Assembly (NCBI GenBank): GCA_040954595.2
Contig: CM082580.2
Span: 362,783-426,782, forward strand
Source: Balanoglossus misakiensis
Lineage: Eukaryota > Animalia > Hemichordata
Length of the DNA stretch: 64,000 bases
Direction of reading: 5' to 3'
Position numbers and translations under genes: made by a program. Below, in pieces: positions 10,901 through 20,511 of this stretch. Numbering within the stretch: position 1 is the first letter of the stretch; each line of letters starts with the position of its first letter. A model generated the notes under the pieces. That model saw only the letters and a list, made by a program, of their open reading frames with translations. It ran no database searches and was not told where the DNA came from.

Positions 10901-12521
10901 AACTAATCTGTGGAAAGAACATTTCACCATGCATGAACTAACACAGATCATGAGACAGAAAGATGATGAAGACTTTGCTCAACTATTGAATAGATTGAGA
11001 GAAGGGAGGCACACAGATGAAGATATTTCTGAATTGCAAAACTATGTAATATCTCATGATCAACCACTCAACGAGTCCATTCCTCATTTATACACCACCA
11101 ATGCAATGGTAGAGTCACATAATGATAAAGTTTACCAAAATGCTACATCCCATAAACTTGTTGTACCAGCACTGGACACAGTTATTGGTGATGTCTCACA
11201 ACAAGTGAAAGCACAGCTTTTGAAGACCATTCCAAAAGATCCATCCAAAACATGCGGTTTATTATCACAAGCACCTATAGCTGTTGGACTGCGATATGAT
11301 CTCACTGCCAATGTTGATGTTGAGGATGGTATGACAAATGGTGCCAGTTGTGTAGTGCAACAAATAGACCACAGAATGACAGGAACATCAAACAACCGCC
11401 CCAGTATAATTTGGGTTCAATTTGATGATAAAAATGTTGGTCTATTAAGAAGACATAAATACAAACATTTGCATCAACCAGAAATTGGTAAACAATTGAC
11501 TCCAATATTTGACATTAAACGCCAGTTTCCTACCAGTAAATATTACAAACATGTATCTGTCATGAGAATTCAATTTCCACTTAGACCGTCTGCTGCAAAA
11601 ACTATTCACAAATCTCAGGGTGATACACTTGATAAGGTAATAATCCATATGGGTACAAGAAAAATTGACCATATACATTATGTCGCAATAAGTAGAGTGC
11701 GTACAATAAGTGGACTTCAGATACTGGAGTTGAATAAAAATAAAATCGCAATATCTGAAGCAGTTCACAATGAAATGAAAAGACTCCGTGATGACAGCCA
11801 ACTTCAATTATGCTTCAAACCATTATATGCCCTCCCTCATGACCACTGCAAAGTAGTATATCAAAACGCTAGATCACTCCATAAACATTTTGCAGATTTA
11901 TGCAGTGACCACAATATAATTGCTGCTGATGTTATCGGAATTGCTGAATCCAGATTAACAACTAATGATACCAATGAAGCCTACAATCTCCCAAATTATC
12001 TACTATTCAGGAATGACCAAGATGTGCATATTGACAACACTGCTGTAAATTTCACAAGACCCTATCATGGTCTTGTATTGTATGTCAAAGATTCATATCA
12101 AGTGATTCATATCAAGTGCCATTCAACAAAAGTGTTCGAATTTATAAAAGCCAACATCCTAATTCAAAATAAACTACTTCAAATCATTATGATCTATAAA
12201 TCCCCTCAGTGCACAATCCACACATTCAAACAACAATTTCAACAGTATCTCCTGCCACTACTAGATTTGACAAAACCAATATTAATAATGGGTGACTTTA
12301 ATTTTGACATTCTACTACCTAATACCAGTACTGCTTTCCTCCACTTTATGACATCAATTTGTAACTGTCGGCAACTAATAAAGGAAGAAACAACTGATCA
12401 GCATTCTGCTCTGGACTTAATTTTTCTTAACTTCTTCACAACTACCTATGACACAATAGAAAACTCATGGTCTGATCACAAGGCCGTGTATGCAGCCATT
12501 CACCCCAGCCAATTCACTTGA
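4920..12521 (+). CDS. Helentron RepHel polyprotein: herpes-tegument-like (peptidase C76/VTD) deubiquitinase, 21-aa repeats, Zn finger, HUH Rep, Pif1 helicase, AP-like endonuclease
   Basis: DUB: QGSFHQG…GRQCTCN…YFVFDSHSR. Zn finger: CSSC…CNTC. Rep: PTWFCSLS, VEFQQRGSPHIHML, YIVSYISK. Helicase: GGAGTGKS, IIDEISM, GDLFQLKPV, TIHKSQG, YVAISRV. EN: QNARSL, GIAESRL, MGDFNFD, SDHKAV. The ORF is uninterrupted for >2500 codons. Confidence 0.95.
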   Translation, partial: ADGPIISAGSDSGLGGSSKVKHPVLQGTFKKSDSYGNANNNTSISSSIEPYSNNMSTSSSTIIKSFNATQSVTTFNKNSSTSVSNQNSSCVYYSANDAHDKQELYSSHNSHTLHWESYTIDSVLQGSFHQGNDIFSINSRGRQCTCNALAFLCISKEREMTLTSNDLDHILHAGDNLYIKTTNDLRASNKLFSEILMCDELPNTVHMNSVQFNITQGRLYFGMLDCMSDYDEQGCMVFRDAMINMFNSSNSVMLILGGYSMALSATDGKYFVFDSHSRNSHGFQCSDGSSMVLSFPTLNDLTNYLYSLFHNLNFNNMTPYELQELTIHIESSSSQRLYQRTQRHSDLLDNYFESQKQLQANKQCMQTSNTIDALPSGSCRRKSRKVYDREYKRLKRQDPSFKTNERKRDKERKCAQRQNPDFKEREKSKVQAHIKTLRQNVEYRDREKLSQQYQKRTIRANPQYRKREKEKLQSHIQILRQNPSFQEKEKVKLNSHKQTLRQNPVFREKEKVKLKSRIYTLRQNPVFRETEKVKLNSHKQTLRQNPVFREKEKVKLKSRINTLRQNPAFREKEKVKLNSHKQTLRQNPVFREKEKVKLKSRINTLRQNPAFREKEKVKLNSHKQTLRQNPAFREKEKVKLNSHKQTLRQNPAFREKEKVKFKAHIKTLRQNPAFREKEKPKLKEHIKSLRQNSTFRQNEKIQSQARIKTSRKSKTFKEHENKKQQIYRKMKRQDRNFRKKENLQKKFVKCSEKIQTFQIDKKQHVTHNGFSKHRGFETRQLCGESLQACINIFHRTVSQGPVYVCSSCHQTWFRKSVTPAAKLSERGIASKCLTAYTSVDNIEWVCNTCYRSISAGKIPRLSIANNVNFPDIPPQLQLHPLEERLIALRIPFMHMCSLPRGGQRSLSGPVVNIPTDITPTVNALPRMLDDSATIPVKLKRKLSYTRSEFTENIRPNKVMAALVWLMKNSVLYQNSGIPINHNWSQEFENTDNDMAVFIENTNTEQEQADDPESESDSDSDKFSEVDPAEGAVANMDTLLDDSDYRNQILTFAPGEGQRPLSLFNDTDAEYLAFPTIFCGQRRNIDQIHTSNVHYSDVCKWELRNVDRRVANSVPNMFFKVKKLQLKQISSKVHLALRRCKTEGRTYKVADLLNPERVSDLLRLDDGFYIFRDLRNSPPYLEKRKKDVFAMIRQLGLPTWFCSLSSADTKWIDLHQILGTLVDGKKYTADELKAMDWATKSRLLQSDPVTCARFFDHRIHEFINTVLRGPCDPLGKITDYFYRVEFQQRGSPHIHMLMWIENAPNYQQNTPTEVIDFIDIYVSCSSNVPSEMAEVLNLQTHKHSKTCRVKGKPVCRFGYPMPPMSETMILSPLNADPDEEQHYKQKYEEIKQKLDDMKEGKPISYDDFLSTELQISHDEYIKCIQSSLKTTAIFLKREPSDLRVNAYMKLLLSAWGANHDLQFVLDPYACAMYIVSYISKSQRGMSALLDQACKEARKGNMELKAQVRHIGNKFLNNVEISAQEAAYIILQLSLTKATRQVVFINTSPPDQRTFLLKSKTALENTPAESTDIESDNLIKRYARRPKALENWCLADYASKLRVTYSTKCTDNYPQDINDDDHDDPDLGVDSESDNMTSKINIILKNGMKIQERVNPCIIRYVNYSKKVDYENYCREKLLLYMPWRNESSDLLNSCATFQESYNHNKHIIAQTIDKYEHNSELIDQATTAAEQLDNDDLNAFDQIAPNTQHAERDDLEEGTTTPNDHFIYFQPDDQPEHTTYDIGVDIGMNTTVTTDDTSNVPGRIPDEQYHKLVRSLNVKQREIFHHVLKSVKTNHDPMHIFITGGAGTGKSVVIRAIYQALHRYLCSIAGESPLDCRLLLCAPTGKAAYHINGSTIHAAFKVPASQGYKYKPLDSDKLNTLRSKYQHLSVVIIDEISMVGHELLNFINLRLQQIKGNNQVFGGVSMITVGDLFQLKPVMDGWIFKDLTKEYGPLATNLWKEHFTMHELTQIMRQKDDEDFAQLLNRLREGRHTDEDISELQNYVISHDQPLNESIPHLYTTNAMVESHNDKVYQNATSHKLVVPALDTVIGDVSQQVKAQLLKTIPKDPSKTCGLLSQAPIAVGLRYDLTANVDVEDGMTNGASCVVQQIDHRMTGTSNNRPSIIWVQFDDKNVGLLRRHKYKHLHQPEIGKQLTPIFDIKRQFPTSKYYKHVSVMRIQFPLRPSAAKTIHKSQGDTLDKVIIHMGTRKIDHIHYVAISRVRTISGLQILELNKNKIAISEAVHNEMKRLRDDSQLQLCFKPLYALPHDHCKVVYQNARSLHKHFADLCSDHNIIAADVIGIAESRLTTNDTNEAYNLPNYLLFRNDQDVHIDNTAVNFTRPYHGLVLYVKDSYQVIHIKCHSTKVFEFIKANILIQNKLLQIIMIYKSPQCTIHTFKQQFQQYLLPLLDLTKPILIMGDFNFDILLPNTSTAFLHFMTSICNCRQLIKEETTDQHSALDLIFLNFFTTTYDTIENSWSDHKAVYAAIHPSQFT
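6100..7130 (+). repeat. 63-bp (21-aa) coding tandem repeat, ~17 units, with a homogeneous core at 6354-7000
   Basis: (c/t)tgcgtcaaaat recurs every 63 bp from 6354 to 6984. Peptide is LRQNPxFREKEKVK followed by alternating LNSHKQT / LKSRI(Y/N)T. Confidence 0.95.
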
Positions 12522-12659
12522 AATTAATCAGTGTTAGATTATAGACATAATCATAAAAGACAACACATAAGAATTAAATGACAACAGCAGATTTCAAATA
12601 CACTTATTTCCCATATTACATACATGTATGAGTCAATATGTGCAATTATTGCTACACCA

Positions 12660-12960
12660 CAAACCATTATTACCAAGTGTCAGTACCAACATGCCAACGT
12701 ACAACATTCACAAAGGACAGTACACCACTGCTAGATTTCATCTATGTCAATAAACCAGTGTTCATTATCGGGGACTTCAATGGTGACATATCTTTGCCCA
12801 CCCACAGCAATGGGTACTTTGAAATGTCAACAACTTAATGAAGAAACAACAGACTACCATTTTGCATTAGTTCTTATACTTGCCAATATACCACATATCA
12901 AAAGTGGCACCTTGAAAAACATTTGGTCAAAACTATACATGCTGCTGTCACACTTAATGA
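12660..12960 (+). pseudogene. Degenerate tandem duplicate of the endonuclease C-terminus
   Basis: Frameshifted pieces PLLDFIYVNKPVFIIGDFNGDISLP and CQQLNEETTDYHFALVLI…NIWS match ORF residues PLLDLTKPILIMGDFNFDILLP and CRQLIKEETTDQHSALDLI…NSWS. Confidence 0.8.
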
Positions 12961-14285
12961 AAACAACCTGACAACAACATTACTGTGTCCATCATTGCAA
13001 TGACAACTGCCCTGTCACATTACCAGTTTATTTACATAATCGGTATCTCCCCCTATACACCAAAACGGCACCATTTTATTGCTAACATGTGGTACACATC
13101 TCATCACATTGACAGATTACGAACAAACATCCTGTCGGTCATGCACACCCGGAAATGTTTTTCAGAACCCTGGAGCAATCGACTTCCTTGGCTTTGAACA
13201 TGTAAACACGTTCTGTTTTCATCTGCACGCTGGCGGTTACGTCATATTTGTAAACAATACACACGTGTTCCTTTGCGAAACTGTCTTTGTCGGCAATTTC
13301 TGTGTATTACTATTGGTGCAAATCCATTGTGTCCGTCAATTATTAAATTTTTCACGCGTCGTCTTCGGAAAGTCCACTCATACACTTCTGCGAGCTCACC
13401 GCATTCGCTCCCTGACTCCTGAAACTACAACATCGCGTCGCTTTCAACTTTCCAGCGCACATCGGTCATCGTACCACACTTTCCCACCTTTTTCATCCAG
13501 AACAACAAGCCGCACAGACTATATCCACACAGTCTAGTTCACCGCAAGTACCACACTCACACAGTAAGTTATACTTTATTTTTTATTTCCTTGCTTTGGT
13601 TCATTATGCCACACTGTGTACGAAAAATTCACGGGTGCTTAATCTACAGTGAAAGCCAACTCCATTGGTCAAATACCGCGGGACATTTCAAAGCCCCACC
13701 ATTTGACCTACCACCCCACTGTCGTTTCGTTCAACGTCAACAAAATATCGGTACGCCAATTGGCTCTCTTTGGAATATTCATAACCAGACAATTACGTCT
13801 GCAAAGCTCGGCCCATGCACTGCTCTCCGTACATTACAAAATCTGTCGTTCAGTTTTCCCCCAAAAAAGCTGTACACACATTCGCAACTGTTAACTGACG
13901 CAACACACGAACAAGTTTTGCCAATTGGCGCAAACATCCGCCGTGTCTCATTTTCAACAATACGCTTGTACTACTGTTCTCCAGTTAACAGCACTCATTG
14001 CGCCCATTTCAAAGTTTTTGGTGACCCGTGTGAATTCTTCGATACATTACAATTGGTAATTTCATTTGAACATCAACTACCAGAGACTCTTCATTCTGAA
14101 ACTTTCAATGCAAACCTGATCGCTGATGAGACCCTCACGTCTGATTTGTGGCAACTACATGCCAATCTATTAATCCTTTCGTTTGGCGTTTTCCCCTTGA
14201 TGATATAGTTTCCACCATCATGTACATTCAACCACTGATCGTGAAACCACAGTCTTATAATTTCACCTTTGTTTCTTCCGTACAG

Positions 14286-16739
14286 ATGCCAAAATCAACA
14301 CTAAAAGAATTAAGCCAGAAAGAGACCAACACCTACCACGATGTTACCACTCAAGTTAAACTAATCTACTATGAAAATACCTCGACCAACGAAAAATTTA
14401 AACGGGCTGTGGTGGCAGACCACACCGCTGCCACCACTCTGTATATCTGGTCAACCAGAGAAGACACGTTGTCTTTATTGAGAGCAAATGAAGGAAGTAC
14501 ACTATTTCTTGGTCCGAAAATTTACGTGCGTTCCAACGGGATTTCCATCAACCAAGGCTCCACCTTGGCTGTTAATAGGGTGGACCTCAACATTCCTGAA
14601 AGTGTCGCAACCGAGGCTCACGGACTTCGCTGTCGCATGACAGAGCAAGCACCCACTGCTGCTGTTGTCACTATGGCCGCAGCAATTGCCGACAACACCA
14701 ATTATCACAACATATCAGGAACTGTAGTAAGGGTAAGTTTACACTTAAAATGCTCACTCATTTCACAATTCACCCATTTTCGCCCTAGATATTTCGCGGC
14801 CAACAACAATCTCACGTAATCGGATTACCCGCCCACTTCCATTGTCACGAATAAACTCTGCCACAAATCAACACCAACACGTTACTTTAATTGACGTAGT
14901 CGTGTTTTCCACAAGATCACGAACATTTCGCTTACGCTTTATTGACTTCATTCACTCCTCTGTTACCCATATATACAATGACCGTCTTCGTTTTCCCGAC
15001 GTTACACGACCTTCACCACAGCTGGTCACGTACCGTACACCGAACAACCGCGTATGCAATGCTATTCCACGTCGTGAAGATCCCTCGATGCACAGGAGAG
15101 GGGTCCGTTCCCTATCGACCTCGAAGGGTAGAAAGGTCCGTTTCCTATTGACTTCTACCCCCACCTCACCTTTTCCCGACCGTTCATCTCACAAACCTCA
15201 TGGTACACTCTTTACCGTTTTCCATTTGTTTATTACTTCTTCTGTCTTTTAGGTTCAAAACACCAAAGCCACCCACACCCGGTACGGCAAATTACCACGC
15301 AGAACTATTGGATTTGGAGACAGCTCAGGGGTGTACAAACTAACCGTATGGGGAGATCTTACGAAGTGTGAGCTCACCACTGGTGATGTTATAACTATTA
15401 CCAATGTGAAGAAAGCTGCCTCGTTCAACAACCGCCTCACATCCAGGCAATCCACCACAATATCAGTATCGGTAAGTACTTCACTGATCAGTCAATACAA
15501 TACACTATACAGTGTATACCAACAGGAAATTGTCCTGGTACCACCCCTTTCGTTTTCAGGTATTATGTTCACTACAAACAACTTGACTATACTGAAACTG
15601 TCCACTGTTTTTCCTGTATTCCCTGCTCAAACAATTCATTACAATATTCACATTTCTTTTTCTTTGCCCATGACAACATATAGTGAATCCACAAGTAACA
15701 TTTCAATACTATTCCAAACTTTCGTTTCCACTTTTCCAAATGCGTTCAGTACTTTGTTTTGCAATCAAAGCTTCTTCCTCAGAGCTACATTATTCAACAT
15801 AATAGTAGACAACATATATTATCCGCTGTTGTCATTATTCAGTTCTTCAAACATCCAATTCAGCATCTACATTTCCAGACACACGAACCACAGCTTCATT
15901 TATCAAAAACACACGCAGGTAATCTAATCTTTCCCTAATTCTATTTCAGGCTCATGAAACCCTATCACACCAAAACACTACAGACACCTTATCGGCGGAT
16001 TCCGATGACAGCTCAAACTGGACAACCGGGACATTACAAGGGCTCTCCAATCTACAGAGAGTTCTCTTATGTGCAGATGCGCCTCGGTGCAATGGATTTC
16101 TCAATGACAGCAACAGGTAATCCAAAATTCCTCTTCATCCGCACTTACCACCAGCCCCTCAATACCTTGTGTGCAGACACCAGCTGAGCTATACATAGCA
16201 GTTTTTTCATGCAATGTCCCATTTTCAGACATAAGCCATTCCGCTGGAAAAATTTACCAGTGCACAGCCACTCAATAACATCTCTTCCTTATATCCCAAC
16301 AATCCAATTGGCTTCCTTACAACTAAATATTCACATGACATCCGTAACATCCCTTATTCAACTTTACTTCAATACTTATATTCTTCCACATTACTGCATG
16401 TTACACCCTTTCCACATCAGCCAGCAATCAACATATTTATTCCACCAACTTCAACATTGCCTATTTCTCATTTCTTTCAGATGTCGTTTCTGCAGAAAGA
16501 ATAAAAGCCCATCCTGCAGACCAGGCACAATACTTTCCCTCTTAATACAAACCGGTGATGACCTTGACACATACAAGATCTACCCAAAGGAGACCAAGTA
16601 TTTACTCAGAAAATTCTCCATTAACCCCGTCAACACCACCCAGAAACAACTGCAGGACGCCGTCACCGACATCTGCGATGGACGCGAGCTCCAATTTAAG
16701 GCCAACTCTGCCAACACCATCACCACTTTCAAAAACTAG
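14286..16739 (+). CDS. Four-exon RPA70-like ssDNA-binding protein (OB folds plus C4 zinc ribbon), ~363 aa; exons 14286-14732, 15253-15471, 15950-16116, 16481-16739
   Basis: All introns are GT-AG with polypyrimidine tracts and matching phases (0, 0, 2). OB motifs: AVVADHTAATTLYIW and GFGDSSGVYKLTVWGD…GDVITITNV. The zinc ribbon LLCADAPRC-x9-CRFC assembles across intron 3, as in RPA70 DBD-C. Confidence 0.8.
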
Positions 16740-17446
16740 TGTTTTTCAACGTACTGCCTTCATTTGCTCTCCATTCCACAACCCTTTCCCGATTACACAC
16801 TTTACCAGCGCTCCCTCCATTCATTCATTATAACATTTCCTTCCCTGCTTTTTTTATTACACTTGAAGACATTTTTTAGTGACACATTCTTTTTATTTCA
16901 CATGCTTTTAGTTATTTGTTCAGTTTGTCATTTTCTTTCTTGCCTTTTTTTTATGTGACATTCACATTTCTCTACTTGATTTGACATTTTTCACTGTTTT
17001 TTTCCCCTAGGTTAGACAATTTTTGACTGCTTCATTTAATTAGACATTTTTTCCAATGATTTTTTTATTTCAGTTTACACGTTCTTCAGTGATACATTTT
17101 ATATTTAACATTTCTTTAGTATTTTGTACCATTCAACATAATTTATACTTGTTACTGTTCTCTTTATTTACTTTGACATTTTTTACTGCTTCCATTACAT
17201 TTTTTATTGCGTCATTCAATTTCATTTCTTTAAAACAATTTATATGCAACACAACTCATTCCCATTGTTATATTTATTACTTTACATGATTTATAATTAA
17301 ACTACAGAAAACGTACACTGCCTGCTCCCTTCTTTCGTGCTTAAACATTGAATTTCAGTATGCTGCCCAATTCAGCAAAATAGACACTGGATGCCTTACC
17401 TACCTCTGCTACTGTGGCACCCCTCATCTCCGTACTCCACTGTTTA

Positions 17447-17472
17447 AATGGGACCACAGTGTCCTTGACGCT
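17447..17472 (+). other. Helentron 3' subTIR and terminal hairpin
   Basis: aatgggacc (17447-17455) is the reverse complement of ggtcccatt (962-970). It is followed by the hairpin agtgtc-ctt-gacgct (17458-17472), then an A and a T-run. Confidence 0.88.
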
Positions 17473-17473
17473 A

Positions 17474-19943
17474 TTTTTGATGATTTTCACCCATATTATT
17501 TTTCAAAAACCGACGAAATTTTGAAATTTTGCAGTCGAAAATTTGTCATTTTTTGATGATTTTCACCCATGTTTTTTTTTTAAAATGGACGAAATTTTGA
17601 GATTTTGCAAAGACGAAAATTTGTCATTTTTTGATGATTTTAACCCATGATTTTTTTTCAAAAATGGACGAAATTTTGAGATTTTGCAAAGTCGAAAATT
17701 TGTCATTTTTTGATGATTTTCACCCATGATTTTTTTCAAAAATCGACGAAATGTTGAGATTTTGCAAAGTCGAAAATTTGTCATTTTTTGATGATTTTCA
17801 CCCATGATTTTTTTCAAAAATCGACGAAATTGTGAAATTTTGCAAAGTCGATAATTTGTCATTTTTTGTTGATTTTCCCCCAATGGTTTTTTTCAAAATC
17901 GACGAAATTTTGAGAATTTGCAAAGTCGAAAATTTGTCATTTTTTGATGATTTTCCCCCATGTTTTTTTTTTTAAATGGACGAAATTTTGAGATTTTGCA
18001 AAGTCGAAAATTTGTCATTTTTTGATTATTTTCACCCATGATTTTTTTCAAAAATCGACGAAATGTTGAGATTTTGCAAAGTCGAAAATTTGTAATTTTT
18101 TGATGATTTTCACCCATGATTTTTTTAAAAAATCGACGAAATTGTGAGATTTTGCAAAGTCAAAAATTTGTCATTTTTTGATGATTTTCACCCATGTTTT
18201 TTTTTTTAAAAAACGACGAACCTATGATTTTTTTTCAAAATCGACGAAATTTTGAGATTTTGCAAAGTCGAAAATTTGTCATTTTTTGATGATTTTCCCC
18301 AATGATTTTTTTCAAAAATCGACGAAATGTTGAGATTTTGCAAAGTCGAAAATTTGTCATTTTTTGATGATTTTCTCCCATGATTTTTTTTCAAAAATCG
18401 ACGAAATTGTGAGATTTTGCAAAGTCGAAAATTTGTCATTTTTTGATGATTTTCACCCATGTTTTTTTTTTAAATCGACGAACCTATGATTTTTTTTTAA
18501 ATCGACGAAATTTTGAGATTTTGCAAAGTCGAAAATTTGTCATTTTTTGATGATTTTCACCCATGATTTTTTTCAAAAATCGACGAAATTGTGAGATTTT
18601 GCAAAGTCGATAATTTTGTCATTTTTTGATGATTTTCAACCATATTATTTTTCAAAAACCGACGAAATTTTGAGATTTTGCATAGACGAAAATTTGTCAT
18701 TTTTTGATGATTTTTACCCATGATTTTTTTTCAAAAATGGACGAAATTTTGAGATTTTGCAAAGTCGAAAATTTGTCATTTTTTGATGATTTTCACCCAT
18801 GATTTTTTTCAAAAATCGACGAAATGTTGAGATTTTGCAAAGTCGAAAATTTGTCATTTTTTGATGATTTTCACCCATGATTTTTTTCAAAAATCGACGA
18901 AATTGTGAGATTTTGCAAAGTCGATAATTTGTCATTTTTTGATGATTTTCCCCCATGTTTTTTTTTAAAATCGACGAAATTTTGAGAATTTGCAAAGTCG
19001 AAAATTTGTCATTTTTTGATGATTTTCACCCATGATTTTTTTCAAAAATCGACGAAATTGTGAGATTTTGCAAAGTCAAAAATTTGTCATTTTTTGATGA
19101 TTTTCATCCATGTTTTTTTTTTAAAAAAAAGACGAACCTATGATTTTTTTCAAAATCGACGAAATTTTGAGATTTTGCAAAGTCGAAAATTTTGTCATTT
19201 TTTGATGATTTTCACCCATGATTTTTTCAAAAATTGACGAAATTTTGAGATTTTGCAAAGTCGAAAATTTGTCATTTTTTGATGATTTTCACCCATGATT
19301 TTTTTCAAAAATCGACGAAATGTTGAGATTTTGCAAAGTCGAAAATTTGTCATTTTTTGATGATTTTCACCCAAGATTTTTTTCAAAAATCGACGAAATG
19401 TTGAGATTTTGCAAAGTCGAAAATTTGTCATTTTTTGATGATTTTCATCCATGATTTTTTTCAAAAATCGACGAAATGTTGAGATTTTTCAGTCAAAAAT
19501 TTGTCATTTTCTGATGATTTTCACCTATGATTTTTTTCAAAAATCGACGAAATGTTGAGATTTTGCAAAGTCGAAAATTTGTCATTTTTTGATGATTTTC
19601 TCCCATGATTTTTTTCAAAAATCGACGAAATTGTGAGATTTTGCAAAGTCGAAAATTTGTCATTTTTTGATGATTTTCCCCCATGTTTTTTTTTTTAAAT
19701 CGACGAACCTATGATTTTTTTCAAAATCGACGAAATTTTGAGATTTTGCAAAGTCGAAAATTTGTCATTTTTTGATGATTTTCACCCATGATTTTTTTCA
19801 AAAATCGACGAAATGTTGAAATTTTGCAAAGTCGATAATTTGTCATTTTTTGATGATTTTCCCCCAATGGTTTTTTTCAAAAATCGACGAAATTGTGAGA
19901 TTTTGCAAAGTCGATAATTTGTCATTTTTTAATGATTTTCCCC
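17474..19943. repeat. 78-bp satellite array (subfamily 1)
   Basis: Same monomer, with variants aaatgttgag, aaattgtgag, gaacctatg and aatggacg. Confidence 0.97.
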
Positions 19944-20049
19944 AATTATTTGAGATCTCTCTAACACACAAAACAAGGACACAGGTTTGGCAGCTGAAGG
20001 CAAGAGCCATTATTTATTTGCGTGAACTGGGTGCTCTTGCAGGCCCAAC
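19944..20049 (-). repeat. Split direct repeat B2 (3' terminus)
   Basis: 106-bp near-copy of 20362-20467, with AATAAA on the minus strand. Confidence 0.9.
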
Positions 20050-20197
20050 ACAACTGGGAATAACAACTCGCAATGATGAAAGGACCATTGCAAAATACAT
20101 GGATGAAAAAGGTTACAATCGTGAAGTACAGTATTGACCAGAGAACCACTGTAAATCTGCAAATACACATCTTATTTGTTGAGGGCGGGCGGGTGGG

Positions 20198-20467
20198 GAA
20201 ATTGAGGCAGAGAGAGCGAGCATTGCAGGACACGCTCAGAACCCTTGAAGTGGTCGTGAGTGATGGATTATGGGATTTTTGAGGCTCGTTTGAGGTTGAG
20301 GGCGCCCCTTTTCGAGTTGCTTAATTGGGTAACATTATGCCGTTGATCGCAATGTTACCTAAATTACTTGAGATCTCTCTAACACACAAACCAAGGACAC
20401 AGGTTTGGCAGCTGAAGGCAAGAGCCATTATTTATTTACGTGAACTGGGGGCTCTTGCAGGCCCAAC
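20198..20467 (-). repeat. Internal B1 (20362-20467) / A2 (20198-20361) junction
   Basis: A2 matches terminal A1 (37155-37318) and B1 matches B2. An inverted repeat ggtaacatt…aatgttacc (20328-20359) lies beside the junction. Confidence 0.9.
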
Positions 20468-20511
20468 CACTGCCAAACCCGGTCCGCCTCTCTGCTAGTG
20501 CCACAGTAAAA

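Larger units (their letters stand above)
961..17473 (+). mobile_element. Autonomous Helentron (Helitron2-type rolling-circle transposon with endonuclease), full length
   Basis: Inserted in a T-run of the satellite (gtcatttttt|…|tttttgatgattttcacc) with no TSD. 5' ggtcccatt and 3' aatgggacc subterminal inverted repeats, 5' and 3' hairpins, and an intact Rep-Helicase-EN ORF. Confidence 0.93.

Noticed and set aside
13079-14208. 152-aa and 205-aa ORFs between the transposase and the RPA-like gene
   Set aside because: They have non-ATG starts and no recognisable motifs, and they overlap the probable 5'UTR exon and intron of the RPA-like gene.
16764-17289. Hydrophobic Phe-rich short ORFs
   Set aside because: They come from T-rich low-complexity sequence, probably the 3'UTR of the RPA-like gene.
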